From an uncultured Gammaproteobacteria bacterium (lineage in GTDB: Bacteria > Patescibacteriota > Patescibacteriia > UBA10025 > JAHIVO01), in assembly GCA_964628855.1 (NCBI GenBank), contig CAZVMV010000001.1:11813-75812 (forward strand): a stretch of DNA of 64,000 bases, given 5' to 3'. The notes under the pieces are model-generated. The model was not told the origin of the DNA. It made no database searches and saw only the letters and a program-made list of their open reading frames with translations. The translations under genes and the position numbers were made by a program. Below are positions 46,101 to 55,349 of this stretch, piece by piece; positions within the stretch are counted from its first letter, which is position 1; each line of letters starts with the position of its first letter.

Positions 46101-47682
46101 TGTTCAGATCAGCCGCATGCTTGAGGTATTTGGATAAGTACGGCATAGCTTCTGCTTCGCCGAAATATTTTAAACGCTCTATTGCGTCTCGGGCATTGCT
46201 TTGGGCCGGCCGATCCAAATAATACGAATCAATTCCTTGGATCAGTCCGTCGTTCAACCTGGCCAGTTCGCTCTTAGGGATTACCCCTGCCGACACCAGC
46301 AGTTTGCCCATTTCCTTCCACTGCTCGCCGCTGTGTTCCAACATCTTGAAAGCGTCTCCGCCAAATTCTTTATTCTCAGTAAATGACCCCTGGGTGAGTG
46401 CGTATCGCAAATTTGCAGATTGTTCATTAGATGGCGATCCTATTCTTTTTTCCAGTTCACTAACTGTATCGAGAAGCTTGTTACGCACCATTAATTCACT
46501 CACGCAATTGATCATTCTCTGGCTTGCCTCTCCTGGTTGCGGAGTATAGTATTCCGGAGGGGGTTTCAGCAGGGCGCTGTCGTCCAATATTCTTTTATAA
46601 ACATCCACTAATCGCTGATCCATATTCCGGAGCGAAGACTCGAATGTCCACCGGAGAGCCCGCTGTTCCGTCTCCTGACCGTATTTGGTCTCGCCGCGTA
46701 TGCCATTGGCAAAGAATTCCTTGACGGTCCGGGTAAACAACTCAATTTGCTCGGCGCTAAGTTCGCCCTTAGCCTGCAATTCTGCGAATAAAGGGCCAGC
46801 TTCACGATTAATCACGCTGTCTGCATAAGTTCCAGACGCCAATTTGGCGGATAAATATGCATCGACATCCGGCCCTGCAAACGCATCGACGAATGCCTTT
46901 TTGACCCTCCGTCGCTCATCGTAAACCAGGTCATGCTCAAATGTGCTTCGTAATTCGTTTTGATCTTTTTCCGCCTGCCAAAGTGTTTTCCATAGCTCAT
47001 GATCCTGTTTTTCAATCTTGTGGCCGGCTGTTGAATGAGCTTGCCATTCATTATCCAACTTTCGTATCCGTTCATTCAACTCGTGACGTTTTGCGCGAGT
47101 AAATATTTTAGAAAAAGGATTCCGATCTTGCTCTATCCGAAGCTCATGATCTGCTTGGTATTTTTGGTCAGATAATTCACTGCATTTCGCGCTCTCGGTC
47201 TCGCGATCTTTCCTCAGCTCATCCCGGTCAGTACGTAACCTTGGGATATCCCTGTCCAAGTGTTCCAACACAAAAAACCGGCTGCGCATGTCACCGATGG
47301 ACTGTTGTGCTGCCGATCTGTTTTTTACAAATTGCTCGTATTTCTGTCCAGCCTCAGTCGCGTCATATTCGCCGAACAGCTCAAGAGCTTCCCGGTTGAT
47401 CGTCTCATCCTGTTCACCTTTGATGATTATTTTTTTCAACAACAAACCCATTGACTCCATGGTATGGGAAATCGGCGCCCTCGCGTCTTCGAATCGCTGA
47501 AAAAATTTTTCACCCTCAACATTTTGCCCGTTATCTGATAGTTCTGTTTCTGTAACTGCATGAACCTCTTCACGAATATTCCTTTCCGGCTTCCCCCCGG
47601 GATGCAAGCTCCAATCATGCTCCCCGATTTCCGCCGGGTAGCCGCAATGTGGGCAATTTTGTTGTGTCTGTACCTCGGACAT
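43111..47682 (-). CDS. giant hypothetical protein (1523 aa), N-terminal zinc ribbon, mostly helical, cytoplasmic
   Basis: Single uninterrupted ORF. CPHCGYP...H.W..H at the N-terminus. No signal peptide or TM segment. Charged coiled-coil-like stretches. C-terminal alpha/beta-like region ...ALLVRGFDVP...VVAQRRGIKKIILPG. Confidence 0.8.
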   Translation of the reverse strand: MSEVQTQQNCPHCGYPAEIGEHDWSLHPGGKPERNIREEVHAVTETELSDNGQNVEGEKFFQRFEDARAPISHTMESMGLLLKKIIIKGEQDETINREALELFGEYDATEAGQKYEQFVKNRSAAQQSIGDMRSRFFVLEHLDRDIPRLRTDRDELRKDRETESAKCSELSDQKYQADHELRIEQDRNPFSKIFTRAKRHELNERIRKLDNEWQAHSTAGHKIEKQDHELWKTLWQAEKDQNELRSTFEHDLVYDERRRVKKAFVDAFAGPDVDAYLSAKLASGTYADSVINREAGPLFAELQAKGELSAEQIELFTRTVKEFFANGIRGETKYGQETEQRALRWTFESSLRNMDQRLVDVYKRILDDSALLKPPPEYYTPQPGEASQRMINCVSELMVRNKLLDTVSELEKRIGSPSNEQSANLRYALTQGSFTENKEFGGDAFKMLEHSGEQWKEMGKLLVSAGVIPKSELARLNDGLIQGIDSYYLDRPAQSNARDAIERLKYFGEAEAMPYLSKYLKHAADLNSGYYEREVSAEAIDYLARTIRPGDVERVLPLLPDGAKKLVMEARDPQSFLNRFPVGENNGRSWMLSQHYRMGDAYVPHSELAKQLSESGATEERVKRFYTRDFMYPPVEGVKVLERVVAETGGKPADYANLYLPIFIDNLVNRGSSLLIFSPDIPEFIQEFSKFSGDPPVKIWQAIEAKLGPSDRQAEYPEDFITALPKVAEICGLSRTQLFRDNLQRFIRPVYNKISESPESGLELVKQLAEAGGLSQNEVDLAFITKEAENSSYSLSERDRVLINSMANQGERGQDGALMLLARDRFGADAESLRTMEAIVSKGSLADTSELRADLIEEMIQLQRIPNGKLFFNSALRACREQAVDGRQLLEVIKLYDYLHALRTSFVDQAESGTGETGTRVETKTMFDDFRGSVFEQLRQAGQRSPAEFFRQADRQLIVRLFGEKTVGLFLDALPKSTDEKRNAFTHNEYDRTSQFLQNIAGSKDSSFAFGQEEWPVLTAYVKKFGLSQTGILYNYFKQFKIHESTGQPLPEYLVASGITSEQEMLDRYRMMRERVFSRTPIEDIGDLSPFEIELLSSVSGKSTHRFDAGRPSMENIIADFKDARDGGRIAPLPEGYEPFMLNLQNVEVQMEEEKIKGDFDVLRAEILGVLDRPGNLEGLREQAKAGIEKELASLEQAIQQKGDNQFVRQRMSQLQDIGVRLGSSQNLDSLLGTLLDVELNSAKKMELLPVMRQALLQRLLEKNYSVVQADQLSATLRNGMSVDGVLRILTLHDDFIKDHLLNVNRKNEEHYWSDETWEKINRGRKSSKHVNLAKVFEPNISALREASANFKVIEQGSAQKIEVIPDRGLVGELSGYLADVCYTAEKNMLERFPNVVPFKFVARDAVTGEAEFIGSVLMFEVKDAQGENALLVRGFDVPNESKYDMPKFIEKFIDQMQVVAQRRGIKKIILPGTAGAMSNYAMTNRHIESRYKQDRAPTSLSERFAFNSYDITNNVYVARQME

Positions 47683-47711
47683 AGTCCATCAGGTTAACAC
47701 TTACGCGCCAC

Positions 47712-49607
47712 CTATTCAACCACCACTCCGCTGTTTCCGAGCGTCCCCCAGTTCCATTCGAAACTGGATCGCGTGAAATACTTTTCACCGTACAACGGAT
47801 CCATAGTGATGATCTTGGTCGGATTCTCCGCCGGCCCGATATATCCGATGGCCACGCGCGCGTGTTCGCCACTGACCGCCACGACGTTTCCGCCCTGAGG
47901 CGTTTTCCAGTCAATGCGTTTGCCGCTGCCGGCCGTGCCCCAGATTACCACCGGATTGCCTTTCTTGATTTCCGCGGTCAGCTGGGCAACAGTCCAACCG
48001 GAAAAAGAACGCGCCGTCCGGTACTCTTTGGCCGCGATGGCGATGGGGTCCCAGTACACACCATACCCGGTCGAGGGCTGGTGGCCGTCGATATCCCCGA
48101 CGAACGCCACGTTTGGATTGCCCCACACGCCGTTGCTTTTCGGGGTTTGATCAAAACCAACAATATTAATCAGTGGTGCCTCGCCGACATTTACCCCTTT
48201 ATATTTCAATGCCATGGAGAGCGATGCGAACTCACAGCTTAAATTATGGTCCTGTCTGTCAAAAACAACGTTCAATTTGGTAATAGACTGCTCGGTTGAA
48301 AAGGTAAAAGTATAGTCAGTGTCCATATCCATGCCGGCAGAACCGGCCACCCCTTTTGAAAGGGTAACTGAATAAGAAGCATTAAAAGACAGTGAGGAAT
48401 TTGGCTTGAACAGGAGCGTATCGCCGTCCCACGAAAAATCACCGGCCAATCCAGGGGTGATAGAAAAATGCGCCTGGGCGGAATCATGGTCCACCGGCTG
48501 ATCAAAGGTAATTCGGATCGTGTTATCTACTCCGATGCCGGTGCTATTGTTCGAGGGCGATACCTGACTGACCTTCACCGGACCCAGGGTCCTGAACTCA
48601 TATGACACGTTATTTTCAAGATAACCGCCTGAAGTGTTTTTCGTACCTTTGGCCAGTGTCAGATTATAGGTTGTATCAGACGCATACTGGGTAGGTTTGA
48701 AAACGAAATTGGTGTCGCTAGCCGCTGTCCAGGTACCGTTAACGGCCGGGCTAATGCTGACGTTTTCCTTGAATGATGAAAAATCCATCGCTTGAGTGAA
48801 GGTTATGTCAATTTTTTCCTGGAGGCCGACAGTGGTTCCGGCCGGTGAAAAATTCGCGACACCAGGTGCTTCTTTTACTTTCCAGGTATCTTCCCTCACC
48901 AACAATGGTTCACTTTGATAGGCTACGGCGTCAGTACCAAAATTATATTGCACGGTTTTTTGATAAACTGACAATTTATACGCTGTGCCTTGGGACAAAT
49001 TATTTGTTGGTTTGATGATATCCGTTTTTCCGTCTTCGCTGGTTTGTACTATATATTCAATCTCTGGAGAAAATTTGTAAGAAAAATCTATACCACGCTG
49101 CCTGGACTGGTCATATGTCAATGTCCAGGATGCGTCCGGTGATAATTCGTCCGCTGTTTTGGGCGAGATCGTAACCAACGTTGGGACTGCAGCGGTGGTA
49201 AAACTGAAAGTCGCCGTACGTGGTTGTCGGTAAGTAGGCCACGCACTGCGGATACCGCTGATCTTAATTTGGTAGGTCGTGTCCGGCAACCAGGTGACTT
49301 CCGGCTGGAAAACTACGGTTCTGGCCAAATGATCACGGACTATGAACCGGGAATAATTTACTTCGCCAAAAATTTCCGGAGTAACCGTGATGGTCAACCC
49401 CCGTGAAACAGGTATGTCGAAATCAAATTGGATGGCCGCATCCAACGGTATCCGGTTTTCCTCCAACGCCACATTCATGGACGGTTGAGGCACATAGCTC
49501 CATAAAACCGTCCCGACCGCCAATACTAAAAAAACGCCACTGCAGATTATCCACGCGACGCGATGTGATTTGGGTATGTTTTTGTTATTTTTATTTTTGA
49601 AGAACAT
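47712..49607 (-). CDS. surface protein: TM anchor, Ig-like repeats, C-terminal C39-like peptidase domain
   Basis: ORF trimmed to MFFKNKNNKN at 49607. Repeated beta-rich modules of about 90 aa. The C-terminus ...QDHNLSCEFASLSMAL...GEHARVAIGY... resembles the C39-like domain of 41233..42024. Confidence 0.6.
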   Translation of the reverse strand: MFFKNKNNKNIPKSHRVAWIICSGVFLVLAVGTVLWSYVPQPSMNVALEENRIPLDAAIQFDFDIPVSRGLTITVTPEIFGEVNYSRFIVRDHLARTVVFQPEVTWLPDTTYQIKISGIRSAWPTYRQPRTATFSFTTAAVPTLVTISPKTADELSPDASWTLTYDQSRQRGIDFSYKFSPEIEYIVQTSEDGKTDIIKPTNNLSQGTAYKLSVYQKTVQYNFGTDAVAYQSEPLLVREDTWKVKEAPGVANFSPAGTTVGLQEKIDITFTQAMDFSSFKENVSISPAVNGTWTAASDTNFVFKPTQYASDTTYNLTLAKGTKNTSGGYLENNVSYEFRTLGPVKVSQVSPSNNSTGIGVDNTIRITFDQPVDHDSAQAHFSITPGLAGDFSWDGDTLLFKPNSSLSFNASYSVTLSKGVAGSAGMDMDTDYTFTFSTEQSITKLNVVFDRQDHNLSCEFASLSMALKYKGVNVGEAPLINIVGFDQTPKSNGVWGNPNVAFVGDIDGHQPSTGYGVYWDPIAIAAKEYRTARSFSGWTVAQLTAEIKKGNPVVIWGTAGSGKRIDWKTPQGGNVVAVSGEHARVAIGYIGPAENPTKIITMDPLYGEKYFTRSSFEWNWGTLGNSGVVVE

Positions 49608-49682
49608 ATTATGTTCATTATCTATTATAACAAAAAAAATGGAAATAGTCAACCTGGACCACTTCCACTTTTTCCAATATTT

Positions 49683-49904
49683 TTATGGATTCTGTTTGGG
49701 CGTTTCGACTGACTCCTTATCCTTAGGCTGGGCTTGTTTTTTTATGCCTACCAACCCCAGGATTATCCCGAGCACGCCGATGATCAGCAGGATGCCCAGA
49801 TACCAGTTCGGCAGATTAAAATTGTCCATCGGGAAAATTAGGAAAATTATGCCATTGAGGCTGAGGATAATGCCAACGACGAGCGTATACCAGGCTGTGA
49901 CCAT
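49683..49904 (-). CDS. small membrane protein (73 aa, 2 TM)
   Basis: ORF track. Two hydrophobic helices. Confidence 0.5.
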   Translation of the reverse strand: MVTAWYTLVVGIILSLNGIIFLIFPMDNFNLPNWYLGILLIIGVLGIILGLVGIKKQAQPKDKESVETPKQNP

Positions 49905-49919
49905 ATGATTATATAAAAA

Positions 49920-50240
49920 TTAGTTATTACTTACTGAATGTAAAGTCCGATCAGAAAACAATTTTTTTAACTGGATGATTGCCAACCGGGAGTAATACTG
50001 TAACCACCCGCCCGGAAATACCCAATCCGGATTATAATGCCGGCGGAACCATTTTTCGACAAAAGTCAGTGGGCAGTAATTTACCAGGAAACCGACTGAC
50101 ATCCCGACCGCGCATACGCCGAAATTAGCGATTGCCGCTACATCGGGATCCTGGCGGAGAATCGTAGCGAGGGTGTATGGCACGTAGACCGAATGCACAA
50201 GGGCGGTCAGATACGCACCTGCTTTGTACAGCGGTTTCAT
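49920..50240 (-). CDS. small membrane protein (DUF2784-like)
   Basis: 106 aa. ...NYCPLTFVEKWFRR... resembles the CPLT..E motif of DUF2784. Confidence 0.4.
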   Translation of the reverse strand: MKPLYKAGAYLTALVHSVYVPYTLATILRQDPDVAAIANFGVCAVGMSVGFLVNYCPLTFVEKWFRRHYNPDWVFPGGWLQYYSRLAIIQLKKLFSDRTLHSVSNN

Positions 50241-50251
50241 ATAATATTATC

Positions 50252-50590
50252 TTACTTCTTCGTGATGGCGTTTGTAAACCAGGAAAATACCCACATGATA
50301 ACGCCACCGATCAGCGCAGCCACAAAATTGTCTACAGTAAATCCCTTCACTACAGTGGACACCAGCAGAATCAGCCCGGCGTTGATGACGAACGTGAACA
50401 AGCCAAGTGTGAGGATGTTGATCGGGAGCGTGAGGATGACAATCACCGGCTTGATAATGGCATTCACGATGCCGAGAATGAGTGCAACAATCAGTGCCGT
50501 GTAAAAGGAATTCACGTGAAATCCTGGCACGAGATAGGCAACGGCCATCAGCGCCGCCGCATTTAATAACCAACGTAGTAATATAAACAT
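50252..50590 (-). CDS. 4-TMS phage-holin-family membrane protein (YvlD/PF04020-like)
   Basis: 112 aa. LLNAAALMAVAYLVPGFHV..F.TALIVALILGIVNAIIKP is typical of the family. Confidence 0.6.
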   Translation of the reverse strand: MFILLRWLLNAAALMAVAYLVPGFHVNSFYTALIVALILGIVNAIIKPVIVILTLPINILTLGLFTFVINAGLILLVSTVVKGFTVDNFVAALIGGVIMWVFSWFTNAITKK

Positions 50591-50605
50591 ATTAATTATT
50601 TTATA

Positions 50606-50680
50606 TAGCGCCTACCGGATTCGAACCGGTGTTACATGGATGAGAACCATGCGTCCTGGGCCGGGCTAGACGAAGGCGCC
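50606..50680 (-). tRNA. tRNA-Glu (anticodon CUC)
   Basis: Hand-folded 75 nt: GGCGCCT-TC-GTCT-AGCCCGGCCCA-GGAC-G-CATGG-TTCTCAT-CCATG-TAAC-ACCGG-TTCGAAT-CCGGT-AGGCGCT-A. G1:U72 wobble. Confidence 0.85.
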
Positions 50681-50792
50681 CCGTCATATCCCCCATATTG
50701 TATATGAGCGCGAAAAAAAATCAAGAAACAAACAGCCAACACCAATGGGCGCTGTAATCAGCTACCGGTAATCTGGGGTTGGCAGTTTATTA

Positions 50793-50969
50793 TTAGCTCT
50801 TGCGATAATGCTCGAAGAATATTGCGGCAAGGAAGGAAACCATGGCCATCTGGAGATAAAACGAAGATGAGATCAAAACTACCGTATCGCGCACTTCATT
50901 AAAGAATCCAAAAATACCGCACATTAAGCCAAAAATGGCAAACGCCAGCGGAATAAATTTGTGTTTCAT
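50793..50969 (-). CDS. small membrane protein (58 aa)
   Basis: ORF 50793..51134 overlaps gap. The internal ATG at 50969 follows AAAGGGGGTGAAATC. Two hydrophobic helices. Confidence 0.45.
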   Translation of the reverse strand: MKHKFIPLAFAIFGLMCGIFGFFNEVRDTVVLISSSFYLQMAMVSFLAAIFFEHYRKS

Positions 50970-51027
50970 GATTTCACCCCCTTTCTTCATGCTATCCGTA
51001 TCCGGATAGTCAAAAGCGTTGGATATA

Positions 51028-52032
51028 TTATATCTTTTCGCCGATGGACTGGCAAATACGTACCAGCGTATTGGAATAACCCCATTCGTTGTCATACCAG
51101 GCCACGACTTTGAGCAAATCACCGTCCACGACATTAGTCAGGGACAGGTCTACTATAGATGCGTGCGGGTTGCCGATAAAGTCAGACGAAACCAGTTCCT
51201 CGTCGGTTGCATCCAATACACCCTGGTACCTGGGGTCAGCTACGGCAGATGCGAATGCGGCATTCACCTCCTCGACAGTCACCGGCTTATTAACGACCAT
51301 AGTGATGTCTGAGATGGACACGACCGGCGTAGGGACGCGGATCGAAAGTCCGTCAAATTTGCCCTTCACCTCCGGCACCGTTTCGCCCGTTGCCTTGGCC
51401 GCACCGGTCGAGGTCGGGACAATATTCGCCGCCGCCGCCCGTGCCCGGCGTAAATCCTTGTGCGGACCGTCAACTAAATTCTGGTCTGCAGTATATGAGT
51501 GGATAGTGGTCATCATTGCCTTCTTGATGCCGAATTTCCGGTTAACCACCTCAATTACCGGCGCGATACAATTGGTCGTACAGGACGCGTTGGAGATTAC
51601 CTTCTGGTCCTTCAGCTTCTCATCATTTACGCCGATCACAAACGTATCCACTCCGCCACCTTTGGCTGGCGCGGAAATGACCACACGTTTCGCCCCGGCT
51701 TCCAGGTGGAGTGCCGCTTGCTCCTGTTTGACGAAACGGCCGGTCGATTCGATGACTACATCCACGCCATATTCTTTCCAGGGAAGTTTATTGGGCTCTT
51801 TTTCTGCCAGCACCGGATATTCTTTTCCTTCAACTAACAAAGACTTATCATTTGACTTCACCAGTTTTTCGTATTTTCCGTATACGGTGTCATATTGCAG
51901 GAGGTGAGCCAGCGTAGCGGTATCCGTCAGGTCATTGATGGCGACTACCTCAATGCCCGGCTTGGTCAATGCGATTTTGAATGCGGCCCGGCCGATGCGG
52001 CCAAAACCGTTGATGGCGAGTCTCAAAGGCAT
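51028..52032 (-). CDS. gap: type I glyceraldehyde-3-phosphate dehydrogenase
   Basis: INGFGRIGR NAD fold and catalytic SNASCTTNC. Confidence 0.97.
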   Translation of the reverse strand: MPLRLAINGFGRIGRAAFKIALTKPGIEVVAINDLTDTATLAHLLQYDTVYGKYEKLVKSNDKSLLVEGKEYPVLAEKEPNKLPWKEYGVDVVIESTGRFVKQEQAALHLEAGAKRVVISAPAKGGGVDTFVIGVNDEKLKDQKVISNASCTTNCIAPVIEVVNRKFGIKKAMMTTIHSYTADQNLVDGPHKDLRRARAAAANIVPTSTGAAKATGETVPEVKGKFDGLSIRVPTPVVSISDITMVVNKPVTVEEVNAAFASAVADPRYQGVLDATDEELVSSDFIGNPHASIVDLSLTNVVDGDLLKVVAWYDNEWGYSNTLVRICQSIGEKI

Positions 52033-52051
52033 AATCTTCTAATTAATTTTT

Positions 52052-52936
52052 TTAAACTATATGTGATTTTTTAACGGTTCCCGCGCTCCCGAAAATCTGG
52101 ATTTTTTCCTCAACGACGGATTGGATGCTTCGGATCGACGGGGATAAAAGCTCCCGCGGGTCAAAGATTGAAGGGTCCTCATCCAGCGTCTTACGCAAAG
52201 TTTGGGTAAAGGCAATGCGCATTTCCGTGTCGATATTGATGATCGTGATGCCGTATTGTATCCCCCGCTGGATTTGGTCTGGAGCTAGCCCGGAGGCACC
52301 ATGAAGTACCAATGAAATTTGGGGTATCAGGTCATGAATCTTCTGGAGCCTCTCCAGGTCAAGTCCCGGCATCCCTTTGCGCATTTTTACGATGCCATGG
52401 ACATTGCCGACTGCTACGGCGAGGGTATCGACGCCGGTTTTTGTCACGAAATCTAGAGCTTCTTCAGGCTTGGTCATGAGCTTCATCCGCTCCTCCGGCT
52501 CAACCTCTTCCAGGCCTTTTACCACCCCTAGTTCACCTTGTGCCAGGACATTGCGCCGATGGGCGAAATCTACCGCCTGTTTCGTCAAAATAATATTTTC
52601 CATCAGCGGCATCTCGGAAGCGTCCATCATGATCGAGGAAAAACCGGCCCGTACGCATTCGGCGACTGACCGGAAACTGCGGCCATGGTCCAGATGCAGT
52701 GCGATAGGAACATTACCGGATTCAGCTGCTGCCACATTCTGGACTATCGAAGTAATTGCTTTAAGTCCACCGTATTCTATGCTGGTCTCCGACACCTGCA
52801 GGATAACAGGCGAGCGTTGTCGGACAGCGGCTCGCACCACGCCAAGAGTTGTCTCGAGATTTTCGATATTAAAAGCGCCGAGTGCATAGCCCTTTTCCCT
52901 GGCGTCTTTCAATAATTCTTGGAGGTGGACTAACAT
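52052..52936 (-). CDS. fba: class II fructose-bisphosphate aldolase
   Basis: 294 aa. Motifs LHLDHG and LVLHGASG. Confidence 0.9.
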   Translation of the reverse strand: MLVHLQELLKDAREKGYALGAFNIENLETTLGVVRAAVRQRSPVILQVSETSIEYGGLKAITSIVQNVAAAESGNVPIALHLDHGRSFRSVAECVRAGFSSIMMDASEMPLMENIILTKQAVDFAHRRNVLAQGELGVVKGLEEVEPEERMKLMTKPEEALDFVTKTGVDTLAVAVGNVHGIVKMRKGMPGLDLERLQKIHDLIPQISLVLHGASGLAPDQIQRGIQYGITIINIDTEMRIAFTQTLRKTLDEDPSIFDPRELLSPSIRSIQSVVEEKIQIFGSAGTVKKSHIV

Positions 52937-52940
52937 AAGT

Positions 52941-53723
52941 TTATTTTTTAGCCACTTGGTTAATGATTTTCTGAAAACTCATCACTTCTTTGCTTGCTCC
53001 GCCAACAAGCATGCCGTCTATGTCATCCATCCCCGCAAACCCGCTGACATTGTCGGGATTGACCGATCCGCCATAAATGATGTTTTGAGTCTCCGAAGTA
53101 TGGTCATCATACATTTCTTTAACAAGAGTCCTTATGTACCGATGGACTACTTGCGCTGATTCTGGACTATCCGCAACCCCGCCAGGATTGTCAGGGCTTG
53201 TACTAATCGCCCACACAGGTTCATAAGCGATGATGACACGCCGAATTTCATGACTTCGCACCTCGGCCAAACAAGCCTGCAACTGCCGCTCAATGACTTT
53301 TTTTGTCAGACCATCCTCCTTTTCCCGGCTGTTTTCGCCGATACATAGGATGGGCGACAATCCGAACTGCAAGGCCAGACGGACTTTGTGATTTATCATC
53401 TCGTCAGTTTCAAGGAAATTTAAACGGCGTTCGGAATGTCCGACAATGACATGCGTTGCCCCAACGCTGTGCAGTTGTTCTGCGCTAACTTCTCCCGTAA
53501 AAGCGCCTCTGGTTTGGACGGAAATGTCCTGACCGCAGACCGCCATCGGACGTTCACCGATCAAGTTTTTCACCTTTTCAATGAAAACAAACGAAGGGCA
53601 GATGATAATTTGCGTGGATTCCATTTGCTCGGATGTCGGCTGAAAATGACCAAAAAAGCGCTCGATCGAGCGGCCTTCGAGGTTCATTTTCCAGTTCGCG
53701 ATAATGTAGGGTTTTTTATGCAT
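52941..53723 (-). CDS. tpiA: triose-phosphate isomerase
   Basis: Motifs ANWKMN, VGHSERR, AYEPVWAISTS. Confidence 0.95.
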   Translation of the reverse strand: MHKKPYIIANWKMNLEGRSIERFFGHFQPTSEQMESTQIIICPSFVFIEKVKNLIGERPMAVCGQDISVQTRGAFTGEVSAEQLHSVGATHVIVGHSERRLNFLETDEMINHKVRLALQFGLSPILCIGENSREKEDGLTKKVIERQLQACLAEVRSHEIRRVIIAYEPVWAISTSPDNPGGVADSPESAQVVHRYIRTLVKEMYDDHTSETQNIIYGGSVNPDNVSGFAGMDDIDGMLVGGASKEVMSFQKIINQVAKK

Positions 53724-53791
53724 AATCCGAATGGCCCAAATGTCTTATCGCCTTCAATTGTATCATTTTTTCCAGTTAATGGCCAGAAACT

Positions 53792-54721
53792 TCACCACCA
53801 ATGCCAATATTGCTGAGCCCATAATAACAATGACCTGGCTTCAGCAAAGCGCTTCTCGCTGGATGCGCTACCGAACAATACCAGCATAACCTCGTGCCCA
53901 TTGGTTACGGCCAACGACACGAAATTATAGCCTGACTCATTTATAAATCCGGTCTTCGCCGCTTTGACCGATACGGTTTTGTCGGATAAAAGCTGGTCGG
54001 TATTGTAAATCCGGTGTGAAGCCTTTACGCCGGATGTTGTAAAAGAATATTCTTTGGTCGTTACCGCCTCCTTGATCCGGGGCTGGTCAAAAGCAATCTG
54101 TGCCAGCCGGCTGTAATCACGGACAGTCGACACATTACCGGCACTGAGTCCAGTCACGTCAGTAAATGTAGTGAACCAAAGGTTAAAAAACTTCGCCTTG
54201 TCATTCATGCGCCCGACGAACTCGCTTTCGCTCAGGCCGGTCGATCTGGCCAGTGCTTTGGTGGCATTATTGGCGGAGGATACCAGACTAGCCATAAACA
54301 AATCACGGACAGTCGCCTGCTCGCCCGGCTTTACGATGAGCGTGTTGCCTTCTGTAGTCTCAATATCACTTGTCTCAAATGCCACCACCCTGTTCCAATC
54401 CGGTTGGGTGTCCAAGAAAACCAGAGCCGTCATCAGTTTGGTCAGGCTGGCCAATGGCCTGGTTTCGTCAATATTTTTTTTCCACAAAGCCAAACCGCTG
54501 CCAATGTCCAGGAGCATGCCTGCACGGGCAGACTGGTTGATGTTCGGCCTTGCAAACGGTGCGGTTAAAACCGGGCCTATTTGGTTGGAGGCAGAAATCC
54601 TGGGTTGGCTGATCAATGTCTCTGCCGCAACAAGCTGACTTGCCTCCGGCTGCTTAGTAATCGGGCCATGATAGGGCAGACCAAAAATTTGTAAAATGGT
54701 CACCAACAATAAAACTGGCAT
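53792..54721 (-). CDS. D-alanyl-D-alanine carboxypeptidase (S11 penicillin-binding protein)
   Basis: SxxK (ASLTK), SxN (SSAN) and KTG (AKTGF) boxes in order. N-terminal anchor. Confidence 0.85.
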   Translation of the reverse strand: MPVLLLVTILQIFGLPYHGPITKQPEASQLVAAETLISQPRISASNQIGPVLTAPFARPNINQSARAGMLLDIGSGLALWKKNIDETRPLASLTKLMTALVFLDTQPDWNRVVAFETSDIETTEGNTLIVKPGEQATVRDLFMASLVSSANNATKALARSTGLSESEFVGRMNDKAKFFNLWFTTFTDVTGLSAGNVSTVRDYSRLAQIAFDQPRIKEAVTTKEYSFTTSGVKASHRIYNTDQLLSDKTVSVKAAKTGFINESGYNFVSLAVTNGHEVMLVLFGSASSEKRFAEARSLLLWAQQYWHWW

Positions 54722-54730
54722 AAATACTTT

Positions 54731-55345
54731 TTATTTTTCTTCTTCCGGCTTTTCGGTTTCCGGCGGGACAGGCTCGTCGTTTGTCTGTTCAATTTTTTGT
54801 TCCAGCAGTTTCTTCAGGTTCTCGTTTGAATTCAGCTTGGCATAATCTGGTAATTCTTCCACGCGGTTAATGCCGAGAAATTTCAACAAGTCAAAAGTGA
54901 TGATGTAAACTGTCGCCATCTTTTCCTGGTCCTCATGCGCCTCTACCAGCCCCTTGATCAAAAGGTTGCGCAGGATAAGGCTGCAATTGACGCCCCGGAT
55001 CTGTTCCAGCTCCGCTTTCGTGATCGGACCGCGGTAAGCGATGATGGTCAGCGTTTCCAATGAGGGGCGGGACAGTTCCCCGCTCTGTTCCGCTTTCACG
55101 AAGTCCTTGACCAGATAGGCCAGCTCTGGATTTGTCGCCATTTGGTATGACGAACCCGTTTTGATGATATGGACGCCCCGCTCCGGCACATTCCATTCGG
55201 TCATCAGCTCCTCGGCCGCTGACCTTATTTCTTTCACGTCTTTCTGGAGTATTTCCGTCAGTTTAGCTTCGGACATCGGACGTCCGGAAATGAACAGTAG
55301 GCTTTCGATTAACTGCTTGGTGGTCATGGGAATATGTATAGTCAA
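54731..55345 (-). CDS. scpB: segregation and condensation protein B
   Basis: 204 aa. ...IESLLFISGRPMS...TLTIIAYRGPITKAELEQIRGV... tandem wHTH pattern. Confidence 0.9.
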   Translation of the reverse strand: MTIHIPMTTKQLIESLLFISGRPMSEAKLTEILQKDVKEIRSAAEELMTEWNVPERGVHIIKTGSSYQMATNPELAYLVKDFVKAEQSGELSRPSLETLTIIAYRGPITKAELEQIRGVNCSLILRNLLIKGLVEAHEDQEKMATVYIITFDLLKFLGINRVEELPDYAKLNSNENLKKLLEQKIEQTNDEPVPPETEKPEEEK

Positions 55346-55349
55346 TATA

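Noticed and set aside
50252-50590. Holin-family protein as evidence of a prophage.
   Set aside because: PF04020/YvlD-like proteins are common chromosomal membrane proteins. There are no lysin, capsid, tail or terminase genes nearby.
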